The notes under the pieces are model-generated. The model did not search any database, was not told the origin of the DNA, and saw only the letters and a list, made by a program, of their open reading frames with translations. From the NCBI GenBank assembly GCA_963729855.1, contig CAVSPT010000005.1:1271221-1335220 (forward strand): 64,000 bases of DNA, read 5' to 3'. The position numbers and the translations under genes were made by a program. The DNA is from Candidatus Aminicenantes bacterium (GTDB taxonomy: Bacteria > Acidobacteriota > Aminicenantia > Aminicenantales > UBA4085). This document shows positions 47,769 through 58,173 of the stretch, in pieces. The first letter of the stretch is position 1. Every line of letters starts with the position of its first letter.

Positions 47769-48470
47769 CTACATGATGAGGAGCGTCTTCGGATCGAGCT
47801 TGAGCTTGAGCAGTCCGGGCGGCGGGTAGTCGCGGTCCTTGACCACACGGAGCTCGACGTGATCGCCCTGGGCGTGCAGGGTGATTAGCACGTCGATGCC
47901 GTCCACGGCGTCTTTGAGGAGATAGGGCATCCCCGACTCCTCGTAGAGAGGCGTGCCGTTCTCCTTGAGCGAGGCGCTGAACCAAACTTCCAGGCCGAGT
48001 TTCCCGGCGAAGGCCTTGAACTTGGCCAGGTCTTCCATGGCCGGCCGGGTGAAATCATAGCCGTCGACGATGACGGCGTCGGCGGCGAATTTGCCGTAGG
48101 AAACCAGGGCCTCGACACTGCGCAGGACCTGCTCCGTGCGGGTGCCTTCCTGCTTGAAATTCATGATGACCCGGTTCTTGACGATCTCGTCGTGGATGTC
48201 CACCGCCGATTCCAGCCGGCGCTTCTTGGCCAGCTCGGTGAAGATGTCCTCGTACCAGTTGATAATGTAGTCGACCCGGCTGGAATACGAGACGTGGATG
48301 ACGGGGCGGCCCTGGAGAAGCTTGTCCGTGGCGATGTGGACCAGGCAGGCCGTCTTGCCCACGCCCTTGGGCGAGGCCAGGACGCCGATCTGACCCCTGC
48401 TCAGCCCCCCGTGGATCGCCTTTTCCAGGACCCGTAGGGGGCTGCGCTTGATGAGCTCTTCTTTGACCAT
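47769..48470 (-). CDS. RecA-superfamily ATPase, single-domain KaiC/RAD55-like
   Basis: Walker A SPKGVGKT. Walker B-like AVIVDGYD. 233 aa. Confidence 0.6.
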   Translation of the reverse strand: MVKEELIKRSPLRVLEKAIHGGLSRGQIGVLASPKGVGKTACLVHIATDKLLQGRPVIHVSYSSRVDYIINWYEDIFTELAKKRRLESAVDIHDEIVKNRVIMNFKQEGTRTEQVLRSVEALVSYGKFAADAVIVDGYDFTRPAMEDLAKFKAFAGKLGLEVWFSASLKENGTPLYEESGMPYLLKDAVDGIDVLITLHAQGDHVELRVVKDRDYPPPGLLKLKLDPKTLLIM

Positions 48471-48493
48471 CGAACGACTCCTTCTCTTTGCCC

Positions 48494-50581
48494 TCAGGCG
48501 TTTTCGCCGCGCCGCTTTTCCTGATAGGCGGCCATGAGCTCCTCGGCGACGGAGGCCGGGACGCGGCCGTATTTGAGGAACTCCATGGTGAATTCGGCCT
48601 TGCCCTGGGTCAGCGAGCGGAGCTGGCTGGAATAGCCGAACATCTCGCTCAGCGGGACCTCGGCGTCGACGCGGGTGAAAGCCCCGTCCTCGACCGAGCT
48701 GACGATCATGCCCCGCCGCTGGTTGATCGTGGCGAAGACGTTGCCGGCGAATTCGACCGGCCCTTCGACCGAGACTTTCATGATCGGCTCCAGGATCTGG
48801 GGCTTGGCCTTGCGGTAGACCTCGCGGAAGGCCCCCACGGCCGCCGCCTGGAAGGCGTTGTCGGACGAATCGACCTCGTGGTACTGGCCGTCGGTCAGGA
48901 CGACGCGGATGCCGATGACGGGGAAACCGATGAGCTCGCCCTTCCTCATGCCGGCCCGGAAGCCCTTGTCGCAGGAGGGGATGAATTCCCGGGGGATGCG
49001 TCCGCCCCTGACCTCGTTGACGAACTCGTAGGGGTACTCGGCCTGCGGCTCGAGGTAGCCGATGACCCGGCCGTACTGGCCCGCGCCGCCGGTCTGCTTC
49101 TTATGCGTGTAGTCGAATTCGACTCTCTGGGTGATGGACTCGCGGTAAGCGACCTGGGGCTTGCCCGTGGCCACCTCGGCGTTGTATTCGCGCTTCATCC
49201 GTTCGACGTAGACGTCGAGATGGAGCTCGCCCATGCCCTGGATGATCGTCTCGTGCGATTCGGGGTCGACGTGGGTGCGGAACGTCGGGTCTTCCTTGGT
49301 GAATCGGTTGAGGGCCTTGGCCACCCTGTCCGAGGCCTTCTTGTCGACCGGCGTGATGGCCAGGGAGATGACCGGTTCGGGGACATAAATCGACGTCATG
49401 GCGTAATTGAGCCCCGGCGCGGCGAAGGTGTCGCCCGAGGCGCAGTCGATGCCGAAGAGGGCGGCGATGTCGCCGGCCTCCGCCTCGGGGATGTCGGCCA
49501 TGCTGTCCGCGTGCATGCGCACGAGACGGCCGACCTTGACCTTCTGGCCGGAACGGGTGTTGACGAGCTCCGTGCCCTTTTCGATCCGCCCCTGGTAGAT
49601 GCGGATGTACGTCAGCTGGCCGTACGGCCCGTCTTCGAGCTTGAAGGCCAGCAGGACGGGCGGCCGGGCCGGGTCGGTCTCCAGCCGGACCTGTTTCCCA
49701 TCCAGATCGATGTCCAGGGCGAAATTCTCGACTTCGGTCGGGTTGGGCAGGTAGCGGATGACGCCGTCGAGGAGGGTCTGGACGCCCTTGTTCTTGTAGG
49801 CCGAGCCTATGAAGACGGGCGTCAGCTTGCGGGCGATCGTCCCCCGGCGGACGGCCGCGCGGACGAGGTCCGCCGTGACGCGCTCCTCGAGGATGGCCTC
49901 GGTCAGCTCGTCGGAGAACATCGAGGCCGCGTTGAGCATCGCCTCGCGCCGCGTGCGGGCCTCGGCCATGAGTTCGTCCGGAATGACCGCCTCGCGCCGG
50001 TCCTCTCCGTCGAGGCCTTCGAAATAGACGGCCTTCATCGTGACCAGATCGACGATTCCCTGGAATTTGTCCTCCAGGCCGATGGGGAGCTGCATCAGGA
50101 CGGCGTTATGGCCGAGCTTTTCCTCGAGCTGATCGCGGACCTTGAGAGGGTTGGCCCCGATGCGGTCGCACTTGTTGATGAAGGCGATGCGGGGGACGTT
50201 GTAACGCTTGAGCTGGCGGTCGACGGTGATGGTCTGGGACTGGACGCCGCCGACGGAGCAAAGGACGAGGACCGCCCCGTCCAGGACGCGCAGCGAGCGC
50301 TCGACCTCGATCGTGAAATCGACATGGCCGGGCGTGTCGATGATGTTGATGGGGTGTCCGTCCCATTCGACGTTGGTCGCGGCCGAGGTGATGGTGATGC
50401 CGCGTTCACGCTCGAGCTCCATATGATCCATGGTCGCGCCTATGCCGTCCTTGCCCTTGACTTCATGGATCCGGTGGATCTTCTTGCAATAAAAGAGGAT
50501 CCGCTCGGTCAGCGTGGTCTTGCCCGAATCGATGTGGGCGCTGATGCCGATGTTGCGCATGCTGTCGATGGCGGTCGTCAT
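48494..50581 (-). CDS. fusA: Elongation factor G paralog (EF-G2-like translational GTPase)
   Basis: G1 [10 protein letters not shown]3 DTPGHVDF, G4 NKCD. Domains II-V present. ATG at 50581. Not next to rpsL/rpsG/tuf. Confidence 0.8.
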   Translation of the reverse strand: MTTAIDSMRNIGISAHIDSGKTTLTERILFYCKKIHRIHEVKGKDGIGATMDHMELERERGITITSAATNVEWDGHPINIIDTPGHVDFTIEVERSLRVLDGAVLVLCSVGGVQSQTITVDRQLKRYNVPRIAFINKCDRIGANPLKVRDQLEEKLGHNAVLMQLPIGLEDKFQGIVDLVTMKAVYFEGLDGEDRREAVIPDELMAEARTRREAMLNAASMFSDELTEAILEERVTADLVRAAVRRGTIARKLTPVFIGSAYKNKGVQTLLDGVIRYLPNPTEVENFALDIDLDGKQVRLETDPARPPVLLAFKLEDGPYGQLTYIRIYQGRIEKGTELVNTRSGQKVKVGRLVRMHADSMADIPEAEAGDIAALFGIDCASGDTFAAPGLNYAMTSIYVPEPVISLAITPVDKKASDRVAKALNRFTKEDPTFRTHVDPESHETIIQGMGELHLDVYVERMKREYNAEVATGKPQVAYRESITQRVEFDYTHKKQTGGAGQYGRVIGYLEPQAEYPYEFVNEVRGGRIPREFIPSCDKGFRAGMRKGELIGFPVIGIRVVLTDGQYHEVDSSDNAFQAAAVGAFREVYRKAKPQILEPIMKVSVEGPVEFAGNVFATINQRRGMIVSSVEDGAFTRVDAEVPLSEMFGYSSQLRSLTQGKAEFTMEFLKYGRVPASVAEELMAAYQEKRRGENA

Positions 50582-50829
50582 GACGGAAATATCCTTGGTC
50601 GCGGGCGATAAAAGTGGGTTCTCTCGGGTTTTCGCGGGGTCTTGGGAAAAGAAGATCTCAGACGCTGAGCGATAAGTTCCCCAGGAACAAGATTTTATTA
50701 TACCGGAAGAAGCCCTGATAATCAAGGGATCGGTTGACTTTTCCTCCCCCAACCCCTACACTTTGGCTGATTTTCGCCCTACGGGTTTATTTTCTCCAGG
50801 CCGACAACGGGACCGAGGATACGGCTACG

Positions 50830-53325
50830 ATGACCGATAAACACGAACGCTACGAAGAATACGATTTCCAGGCCGTCGAATCGAAGTGGCAGGACATTTG
50901 GGAATCACAAAGTGCTTTCCAGGCCGCGGACGACCCGGCCAAGACAAAATTCTACTGCCTGGAGATGTATCCCTATCCCTCGGGCCGCATCCACATGGGT
51001 CACGTCCGCAATTACAGCATCGGCGACGTCATCGCCCGTTACAAGATGATGCGGGGCTTCAACGTCCTCCATCCCATCGGTTGGGACGCCCTGGGCATGC
51101 CGGCCGAGAACGCCGCCATCAAATACGGCACCCATCCCCGGAAATGGACCCTGGACAACATCGCCCACATGAAGTCCCAGCTCAAGCGCATGGGTTTCGC
51201 CTACGACTGGTCGCGGGAGGTCAACTCCTGCCTGCCCGAGTACTATAAATGGAACCAATGGATGTTCCTGAAAATGTACGAACGCGGGCTGGCCTACCGT
51301 CGCGAGAGCTTGGTCAACTGGTGTCCGACCTGCCGCACCGTCCTGGCCAACGAGCAGTCGGCCGGCGGCACGTGCTGGCGCTGCTCGGACGCCGTCGAAC
51401 AAAAGAAGATGGAACAGTGGTTCCTCAAGATCACCGACTACGCCGAGGAGCTCCTGACGGGGCACGACCGGCTGGCCGAATGGCCCGAGCACGTCCTGAC
51501 CATGCAGCGCAACTGGATCGGCCGAAGCGAAGGCGCCACCCTCGATTTCGCCGTGCCCTCGGTCGGCCGATCCATCCGCGTCTTCACCACGCGCATCGAT
51601 ACGATCTACGGGGCGACTTTTCTCGTCCTGTCGCCCGAACACCCGCTGAGCCGGGAGCTTGTCCGGGGCCCGCGCGAAGCCGAGCTCAACGCCTGGATCT
51701 CGAAGACCATCGCCGCCGCCCGCCTGAAGCGCGAGATCGGTGCGGCGGAGAAGGAAGGCATCGACACCGGCCGGACGGCGGTCAACCCCTTCACCGGGAA
51801 GCCCGTTCCGATTTTCCTGGCCGATTACGTCCTGATGGAGTACGGGACCGGCGCCATCATGGCCGTCCCGGCCCACGACAGGCGCGATTTTGAGTTCGCC
51901 CGGAAGTACGGCCTGCCCGTTCCCGAGGTCATCGCGCCCAGGGACGGCTCGGCGGCCGGAGAAGAGGCCGGCGGGCTGTTCGAAGACCTGGGCGTTCTGG
52001 TCAATTCCGGGCCGTTCAGCGGCCTGACATCGGAAGCCGCCATGGACAAAATGGCCGCCTATGCCAAGGAGAAAGGCTTCGGGGAAAAATCCGTCACCTA
52101 CCGGCTCCGCGATTGGGGCATTTCCCGCCAGCGCTACTGGGGCACGCCCATTCCCATGATCCATTGCGGCCGCTGCGGGGTCGTGCCCGTCCCCTACGGG
52201 GACCTGCCCGTGCGCATCCCCTCGGACGCCGAGTTCACCGGCGAGGCCGGCTCGCCGCTGGCCAAGATCCCGGACTTCGTCAACGTGAAATGCCCGACGT
52301 GCGGCGGCCCGGCCCGGCGCGAAACCGACACCATGGACACGTTCGTCGATTCGTCCTGGTATTTCTTCCGCTACACGTCGCCCCGGAACGCCGACCTGCC
52401 CTTCACCCGCGCCGCGGCCGATTACTGGCTCCCGGTCGATCTTTACATCGGCGGAGTCGAACACGCCATCCTGCACCTGATCTATTCCCGCTTCTTCACC
52501 AAGATCCTGCGCGATCTCGGCCTGACCGCGCTCAGCGAGCCGTTCCCCCGCTATCTGGCCCAGGGCATGGTCAACAAGGACGGCTCGGCCATGTCCAAGT
52601 CCAAGGGCAATGTCGTCGACCCCGACGAGATGATCCGGCGTTACGGCGCCGACGCCCTGCGCCTGTTCATTCTCTTCGCCGCCCCGCCGGAAAACGAGTT
52701 CGATTGGAACGAGGACGGGTTGGAAGGCTGTTACCGGTTCGTCGGCCGGGTCTGGGGCGTGTTCCAGCAGGCCCTTCAGCTTCCGCCCGCGGGTCCGCCC
52801 GGCGGCCCGCTCGATTCCTCGGCCTCGGCCCGGCTGCGGAAGAAGATGCACCAGACCATCCGCAAGGTCGGCGAGGACGTGGGGACGCGCTTCCGCCTCA
52901 ACACCGCGGTCAGCGCCTTCCACGAGTTCGTCAACGTCCTGAAGAAGGAATGGGATGCGCTCAAGGGCTCGGCCGAAGGCCGGGACCTCCTGCGCCAGGC
53001 GGTCGAGACCCTGACTTTGATGATGGCCCCCTTCACGCCCCATCTCTGCGAGGAGATGTGGAGCCGCCTCGGACGCGGCGGCCTCGTCCTCCGGGCGTCC
53101 TGGCCGGTCTTCGATGCGGCCCTGGCCCAGGAGGAGAAGACGACCATCGTCGTCGAGATCAACGGCAAAATCCGGGACAAATTCGAGGCCCCGGCCGACA
53201 TCGGCGAAGAGGCCATGAAGTCCCAGGCCCTCGCCCTGCCCCGCATTCAGCACATGCTGGCCGGGCGGACCATGCGCAAGGTCGTCGTCATCAAGGGCAA
53301 GATGGTCAACGTGGTGGTCTCATGA
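50830..53325 (+). CDS. leuS: Leucyl-tRNA synthetase
   Basis: HMGH-type motif PSGRIHMGHVRNY. KMSKS present as AMSKSKGN. CP1 editing domain. Confidence 0.95.
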   Translation: MTDKHERYEEYDFQAVESKWQDIWESQSAFQAADDPAKTKFYCLEMYPYPSGRIHMGHVRNYSIGDVIARYKMMRGFNVLHPIGWDALGMPAENAAIKYGTHPRKWTLDNIAHMKSQLKRMGFAYDWSREVNSCLPEYYKWNQWMFLKMYERGLAYRRESLVNWCPTCRTVLANEQSAGGTCWRCSDAVEQKKMEQWFLKITDYAEELLTGHDRLAEWPEHVLTMQRNWIGRSEGATLDFAVPSVGRSIRVFTTRIDTIYGATFLVLSPEHPLSRELVRGPREAELNAWISKTIAAARLKREIGAAEKEGIDTGRTAVNPFTGKPVPIFLADYVLMEYGTGAIMAVPAHDRRDFEFARKYGLPVPEVIAPRDGSAAGEEAGGLFEDLGVLVNSGPFSGLTSEAAMDKMAAYAKEKGFGEKSVTYRLRDWGISRQRYWGTPIPMIHCGRCGVVPVPYGDLPVRIPSDAEFTGEAGSPLAKIPDFVNVKCPTCGGPARRETDTMDTFVDSSWYFFRYTSPRNADLPFTRAAADYWLPVDLYIGGVEHAILHLIYSRFFTKILRDLGLTALSEPFPRYLAQGMVNKDGSAMSKSKGNVVDPDEMIRRYGADALRLFILFAAPPENEFDWNEDGLEGCYRFVGRVWGVFQQALQLPPAGPPGGPLDSSASARLRKKMHQTIRKVGEDVGTRFRLNTAVSAFHEFVNVLKKEWDALKGSAEGRDLLRQAVETLTLMMAPFTPHLCEEMWSRLGRGGLVLRASWPVFDAALAQEEKTTIVVEINGKIRDKFEAPADIGEEAMKSQALALPRIQHMLAGRTMRKVVVIKGKMVNVVVS

Positions 53326-53825
53326 AAAAGCGGACGTTGTTGGCCCTCTGCCTGTTCGCCGCCGCCTGCGGCTACCGAGCGGTCGGCACGGGCGGCTCCC
53401 TGTCGCCGGAGATCCGCCGCATTCAGGTGCCGCTCTTCGAGAACCGCACGACGCGGTTTCAGCTTGACGTCAAGCTGACCAATGCGGTCATCGACGAGTT
53501 CGTCGCCCGGGGCAAGGTCGAAATCACGACCGACGCCGCCAAAGCCGACGCCGTCCTCACCGGGCGGATCCTGACTTTCATCGCCACGCCGATCGCCTTC
53601 TCCAACAACACCGCCGACCGCTACGACATCCTGGTCATCACCGAGATCACCCTCAAGAACGCCCGGACGGATCAGGTCATTTTTTTCAATCCTTCCTATA
53701 TGTTCCATACGGATTATGAAGTCCCTCCGGGTTCGGACTTCGAATCCTCGCAGGGTCAGGCCCTCGATACCCTGGCGCAGCTCTACGCCCGCACCCTCAT
53801 CGTGGCCATCCTGGAGGGATTCTGA
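53322..53825 (+). CDS. lptE: LPS-assembly lipoprotein LptE-like
   Basis: Lipobox LFAAACGY. ATG overlaps the leuS stop. Position between leuS and holA matches E. coli. Confidence 0.7.
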   Translation: MKKRTLLALCLFAAACGYRAVGTGGSLSPEIRRIQVPLFENRTTRFQLDVKLTNAVIDEFVARGKVEITTDAAKADAVLTGRILTFIATPIAFSNNTADRYDILVITEITLKNARTDQVIFFNPSYMFHTDYEVPPGSDFESSQGQALDTLAQLYARTLIVAILEGF

Positions 53826-53828
53826 GGC

Positions 53829-54911
53829 ATGCGCGCCGCCGCCCCGAACGCGGGCCCCACGGAGAAAACGGTCAAGGCCGGATATTTGTTCCACGGCGAG
53901 GAGCTCTTCCCGGCCCGCGAATTCATCGACCGCCTGAAGGTTTCGCTGGCCGCTGACGCGGGCGGGACGGCCGCCGAGGACCGTTTCGACCTGGAGGAGA
54001 CGGGCTGGCGGGACATCGTCGACTCCGCCCGGGCCATGTCCTTCTTCTTCTCCCCCTGGCGGCTGATCGTCGTCGAAGCGTCCAAGGCCGCCCGGGCCGA
54101 GCTGACCGCGGACGAAGAGTCGGTCCTCAAGGAGTTCTTTGCCGACCCCACGCCCAAGACCGTCTTGATCGTGCTTTATGCCGGAAAGCTGGGCAAGACG
54201 AAGCCGCTCTATGAATTATTCGACAAGCTCCCGGACTCCCTGGCTTGCGTGGAGCACATGGAGCCGCTCAAAAAGGCCGGAATCGTCGAATGGCTCGACG
54301 GGAGGACGGCGGCCCTGGGCAAGCGGATCAGCTCCGAGGCCGTCGACGAATTGACGGAGATCGTCGGCGGAGATCTGCGGGAGCTGGACACCGAGCTGAA
54401 AAAACTGGCGACCTACGTCGGCGACAAAAAGCTGATCGAAGCGGCTGACGTCCGGGCGGTCACCGACGGAGAACGGGAGTACAAAGGATGGGATCTGACC
54501 GACGCCTTGGAAAAGGGCGACATCGTCCGGGCCCTTGTCATACTCGATCAGCAGATGCCTGAAGGGACCCGGGGCGAGATGATGCTGGGCACGATGGCAG
54601 GCTTTTTCCGCGACATTCTCATCGGCCGCATCGGGCTGGCCCAGGGTCGGGATCGGCGGGAGATCTTCCGTGAGATCCGGCCGAACATCAAGGAATTCTA
54701 CAAATTCTATCCCGAGAAGCTGCTCCATTATTTCACCGTGGTCGAGGGCCTTACGGACGACGGGTTCGCCCGTCTGGCCGCGGACTTGGAGCGACTGGAC
54801 ATGAAGCTGAAGACATCGGACTCCGACGCCAAGGCTTTGTTCGAGGCTTTTTTCTGCGAATTCGGCCGGACGGTGCGCCGGCCGGGCTTTACTTCGAAGC
54901 GGCGGGGCTGA
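53829..54911 (+). CDS. holA: DNA polymerase III subunit delta
   Basis: About 360 aa with delta N-terminal and C-terminal domains. Conserved leuS-lptE-holA synteny. Confidence 0.8.
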   Translation: MRAAAPNAGPTEKTVKAGYLFHGEELFPAREFIDRLKVSLAADAGGTAAEDRFDLEETGWRDIVDSARAMSFFFSPWRLIVVEASKAARAELTADEESVLKEFFADPTPKTVLIVLYAGKLGKTKPLYELFDKLPDSLACVEHMEPLKKAGIVEWLDGRTAALGKRISSEAVDELTEIVGGDLRELDTELKKLATYVGDKKLIEAADVRAVTDGEREYKGWDLTDALEKGDIVRALVILDQQMPEGTRGEMMLGTMAGFFRDILIGRIGLAQGRDRREIFREIRPNIKEFYKFYPEKLLHYFTVVEGLTDDGFARLAADLERLDMKLKTSDSDAKALFEAFFCEFGRTVRRPGFTSKRRG

Positions 54912-55167
54912 CCTTTTCGATCTGTCGGGCCAGGCGGGATTTGTAGCGGGCGCCCTTGTTGGCGTGGACCGTTCCCTTCTTGACCGTCTTGTCGACGACG
55001 GCGTAGGCCTTGGGCAGGGCCTTCTGTGCGCCTTCTTTATCTCCGCTCTCGATCAGGGCGCGTATTTTTCTGACTTCCGTGCGCAGCGCGGAGTTGTTCT
55101 TCTTGTTGACTTTGTTACGGCGGAGGCTGTAGCGGTGCTGGCGTTCCGCGGATGCATGACGAGCCAT
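54889..55167 (-). CDS. rpsT: 30S ribosomal protein S20
   Basis: MARHASAERQHRYSLRRNKVNK… RBS AAAGGAGA. Its 3' end overlaps the holA 3' end by about 23 bp (convergent). Confidence 0.9.
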   Translation of the reverse strand: MARHASAERQHRYSLRRNKVNKKNNSALRTEVRKIRALIESGDKEGAQKALPKAYAVVDKTVKKGTVHANKGARYKSRLARQIEKVSPAASK

Positions 55168-55191
55168 AGTGATCTCCTTTAAGGGCGTGTT

Positions 55192-55220
55192 ATAATAGAA
55201 TATCGTCAACGTCTTGTCAA
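55192..55220 (-). promoter_or_regulatory. Sigma70 promoter for rpsT (TTGACA-17-TATTAT on the minus strand)
   Basis: Reverse complement gives TTGACA (55220-55215), a 17-nt spacer, TATTAT (55197-55192). About 25 nt to the rpsT ATG. Confidence 0.45.
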
Positions 55221-55238
55221 CGCGTGAGATAGCGGCCC

Positions 55239-55679
55239 ATGAAAATCGTCCTCCAGCGTGTCCGCGAAGCCTGCGTCGCCGTCGAGGGGCGGGACGTCGG
55301 CCGCATCGGGCGCGGCCTGTGTCTGCTGGTGGGCGTCGAGAAGGGGGACACCGAGGCGGACGTCGAGGCCCTGGCCCGAAAGGCCGTCGAATTGCGCATT
55401 TTCCCCGACGCCCGGGACAAAATGAACCTGTCCGTGCTCGATGTCGGCGGCGAAGTCCTGGCCGTCTCCCAGTTCACCTTGGCCGGCTCGACCGCCCGGG
55501 GGCGGCGTCCCAGCTTCGACAACGCCGAAACGCCGGCCCGGGCCGCCGAGCTGTTCGAGCTCTTCACGGACAAGCTCAGGGGACGCGGCCTCGTCGTCGC
55601 CACCGGCGTCTTCCAGGCCGTCATGGAGGTCCACTTGATCAACGAAGGGCCCGTGACGTTCGTCCTCGACTCGCGCTAA
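55239..55679 (+). CDS. dtd: D-aminoacyl-tRNA deacylase
   Basis: SQFTL motif. Full-length Dtd similarity. Confidence 0.9.
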   Translation: MKIVLQRVREACVAVEGRDVGRIGRGLCLLVGVEKGDTEADVEALARKAVELRIFPDARDKMNLSVLDVGGEVLAVSQFTLAGSTARGRRPSFDNAETPARAAELFELFTDKLRGRGLVVATGVFQAVMEVHLINEGPVTFVLDSR

Positions 55680-55767
55680 AAATGTCGGCGGGTCCTAGCC
55701 AAGGCGTAGGACTGGCAAGGCCTGTCCTGCCTGTTCCCGCCCCCTGAGCTCACCCCCCGAGCCCTTT

Positions 55768-56355
55768 TTACGTGAACTTGAAGTCGCAGATCTTGTCCAG
55801 CGCCGCCTGGGCCGCGATCCGCACGGGCGAGCTGGGATCCCGTCCCAGCCGGACCAGCAAAGCCCGGGCTTCCGCTCCCCCGATTTCCCCCAGGGCGGCG
55901 GCCGCCGACCGGCGGACGTCGGCATTGGGGTCGTCGATGACGACCCGGATGCAGCGGGCCGTTGCCGGGATCTTTTTCGCCGCCAGGATCTGAAGGGCCG
56001 CACTCTTGGCGAACCAGGGCGGACGGCTCAGCCTGTCGCAGATGTCGTCGATCGGGCAGTCGACTCGGGCGATGAGCCCGCGAACGGCGATTCCGCGGAC
56101 CTCCTCGATCGGATCGCCCAGCAGGCCGACGAGAAAGAAGGCGGCCCAATCCGTCCCCAGGCGGGCCGCGGTCTGGATGAGCCGGATCTTCTTGGCCCGG
56201 TTCTGGAGGATGGCCGTCTTGGCCAGGACCTCGGCGGCTTGGGCCCGGGGTTCGCGGTTTTCATCCGCCCGGAGAACCGGCAACTGAAGCTCTTCCAGGA
56301 CGGAGGACGACTCCTCGGCTGCCTCCGCCGGCGTCCGTCTCAGGAACTTCACCAC
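55768..56355 (-). CDS. HEAT-repeat (PBS-lyase-like) protein; start approximate (GTG)
   Basis: Repeats of DP..VR..AA.ALG.IG. The track ORF's N-terminal part lies inside ribBA and is an artifact. Confidence 0.5.
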   Translation of the reverse strand: MVKFLRRTPAEAAEESSSVLEELQLPVLRADENREPRAQAAEVLAKTAILQNRAKKIRLIQTAARLGTDWAAFFLVGLLGDPIEEVRGIAVRGLIARVDCPIDDICDRLSRPPWFAKSAALQILAAKKIPATARCIRVVIDDPNADVRRSAAAALGEIGGAEARALLVRLGRDPSSPVRIAAQAALDKICDFKFT

Positions 56356-56360
56356 GCTCT

Positions 56361-57578
56361 TCAGACCATATCCAGAAAATGGCCCAATTTCTCTTTTTTG
56401 GTTCTCAGGTAATGGATGTTCGTCGCGTTGGGCGCGATCTCGAGCGGCACGCGGTCGATGATCTCCAGACCGTACCCCGACAGGCCGATGAATTTGCGGG
56501 GGTTGTTGGTGATCAGCCGGATCTTCTTGATCCCCAGGGAAACGAGGATCTGGGCCCCGATGCCGTAGTCGCGCTGGTCGGGCTTGAAGCCCAGCCTGGT
56601 GTTGGCTTCGACCGTGTCGGCGCCCTTGTCCTGCATGGCGTAAGCGCGGATCTTGTTGGCCAGGCCGATGCCCCGTCCCTCGTGGTTGAGGATATAAAGG
56701 ATGACGCCGCGCCCTTCCTTTTCGACAAGGGCCATGGCCTGGTGGAGCTGCTCCCCGCAGTCGCAGCGGCCGGAACCGAAGGTGTCCCCGGTCAGGCATT
56801 GGGAGTGGGCCCGGACAAGCGTCGGGGTCTGGGGATCGATGCCGCCCTTAATCAGGGCGACGTGGTCTTCGTGCTGGATGAGGTCCTCGAAGACGGCGAT
56901 GCGGAAATGGCCGTAGCGCGTGGGCAGGTCGGCCTCGTCAATCATACGCACCAGGCATTCGTGGCGCATGCGGTACTTGATGAGGTCGGCGATGGTCAGG
57001 ATGGGCAGGCCGAATTCGGCGCTCAGCTTTTCCAGCTCGGGCATGCGGGCCATGGTCCCGTCTTCGTTCATGATCTCGCAGATCACGCCGGACGGATCGA
57101 GGCCGGCCAGGCGGGCCAGGTCCACCGACGCTTCGGTCTGCCCCGCCCGGGCCAGGACGCCGCCTTCCTTGGCCTGGAGGGGAAAGACGTGCCCCGGCCG
57201 GGCCAAGTCTTCCGGCCGGGTCGCCGGATCGACGGCCGCCCGGATCGTCCTGGCCCGGTCGGCGGCCGAGATGCCGGTCGTGACTCCATCCTTGGCGTCG
57301 ATGGACACGGTGAAAGCCGTCTGGAAGCGGGCCGTGTTGTCCTGGACCATGAGGGGTAGCTGCAGGGCATCGAGGCGGGGCCGCGCCAGGGGCAGGCAGA
57401 TCAGGCCCCGGCCGTGGCGGGCCATGAAATTGACGATCTCGGGGGTGACTTTTTCGGCCGCGACCATCAGGTCGCCTTCGTTCTCCCGGTCCTCGTCGTC
57501 GATGATGATGATCATGCGGCCGCCGCGGACGGCGGCGATGGCCGTTTCGACGGAGGCGGTGGGGAGGGGACCGTTCAT
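56361..57578 (-). CDS. ribBA: Bifunctional 3,4-dihydroxy-2-butanone-4-phosphate synthase / GTP cyclohydrolase II
   Basis: DHBP synthase N-terminal half (…DDEDRENEGDL…). GCH-II half with zinc site CDCGEQ. Confidence 0.9.
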   Translation of the reverse strand: MNGPLPTASVETAIAAVRGGRMIIIIDDEDRENEGDLMVAAEKVTPEIVNFMARHGRGLICLPLARPRLDALQLPLMVQDNTARFQTAFTVSIDAKDGVTTGISAADRARTIRAAVDPATRPEDLARPGHVFPLQAKEGGVLARAGQTEASVDLARLAGLDPSGVICEIMNEDGTMARMPELEKLSAEFGLPILTIADLIKYRMRHECLVRMIDEADLPTRYGHFRIAVFEDLIQHEDHVALIKGGIDPQTPTLVRAHSQCLTGDTFGSGRCDCGEQLHQAMALVEKEGRGVILYILNHEGRGIGLANKIRAYAMQDKGADTVEANTRLGFKPDQRDYGIGAQILVSLGIKKIRLITNNPRKFIGLSGYGLEIIDRVPLEIAPNATNIHYLRTKKEKLGHFLDMV

Positions 57579-57588
57579 GGACGCATTC

Positions 57589-58173
57589 CTATCGTTTTCC
57601 TCGTAAAATATGATTATAAACGTATTTTCCGATCATGTCACATTCGATGTTGACCTCCGCGCCGGGGCGCAGGGCGGACAGGTTGGATCGGTCCAGGGTC
57701 ACGGGGATGAGCTCGACTTCAAAGTCCGTCCGCCCGAGTGCGGCCACGGTCAGGCTGACGCCGTTGACGGCCACCGAGCCTTTGGGGATGAAATAGGGCC
57801 GGAATTCCGGGGGCAGTCCGAAGACGAGCCTTTTGCCGGGCGTCTTGGACAGGACCCGCTTGAGCGTTCCGACGAAGTCGACGTGCCCGGACATGAGATG
57901 ACCCCCCAGCGGGGCGGACAGGGTCAGGGGAAGCTCGATGTTGATCGCGGCCTGGGGCTTGATCCGGCCGAGGGTCGTGCAGGACAGGGTTTCTTGAGAG
58001 AGATTGAAGGCCAGGAATTTGTCCTCACGGCGGATGACGCTGAGGCAGACGCCGTCCACGGCCACGCTCCCGCCGATCTCGACCGCGAGACCGGGAGCCT
58101 CCACGAGAAGCTCCGTCTTGCCCTTGCCGAAGCCGCGAAAGCGGCCGGATTGCTGGACGATTCCGGTGAACAT
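57589..58173 (-). CDS. ribE: Riboflavin synthase (alpha subunit)
   Basis: MFTGIV… Two lumazine-binding repeats. Start overlaps the ribD stop. Confidence 0.9.
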   Translation of the reverse strand: MFTGIVQQSGRFRGFGKGKTELLVEAPGLAVEIGGSVAVDGVCLSVIRREDKFLAFNLSQETLSCTTLGRIKPQAAINIELPLTLSAPLGGHLMSGHVDFVGTLKRVLSKTPGKRLVFGLPPEFRPYFIPKGSVAVNGVSLTVAALGRTDFEVELIPVTLDRSNLSALRPGAEVNIECDMIGKYVYNHILRGKR

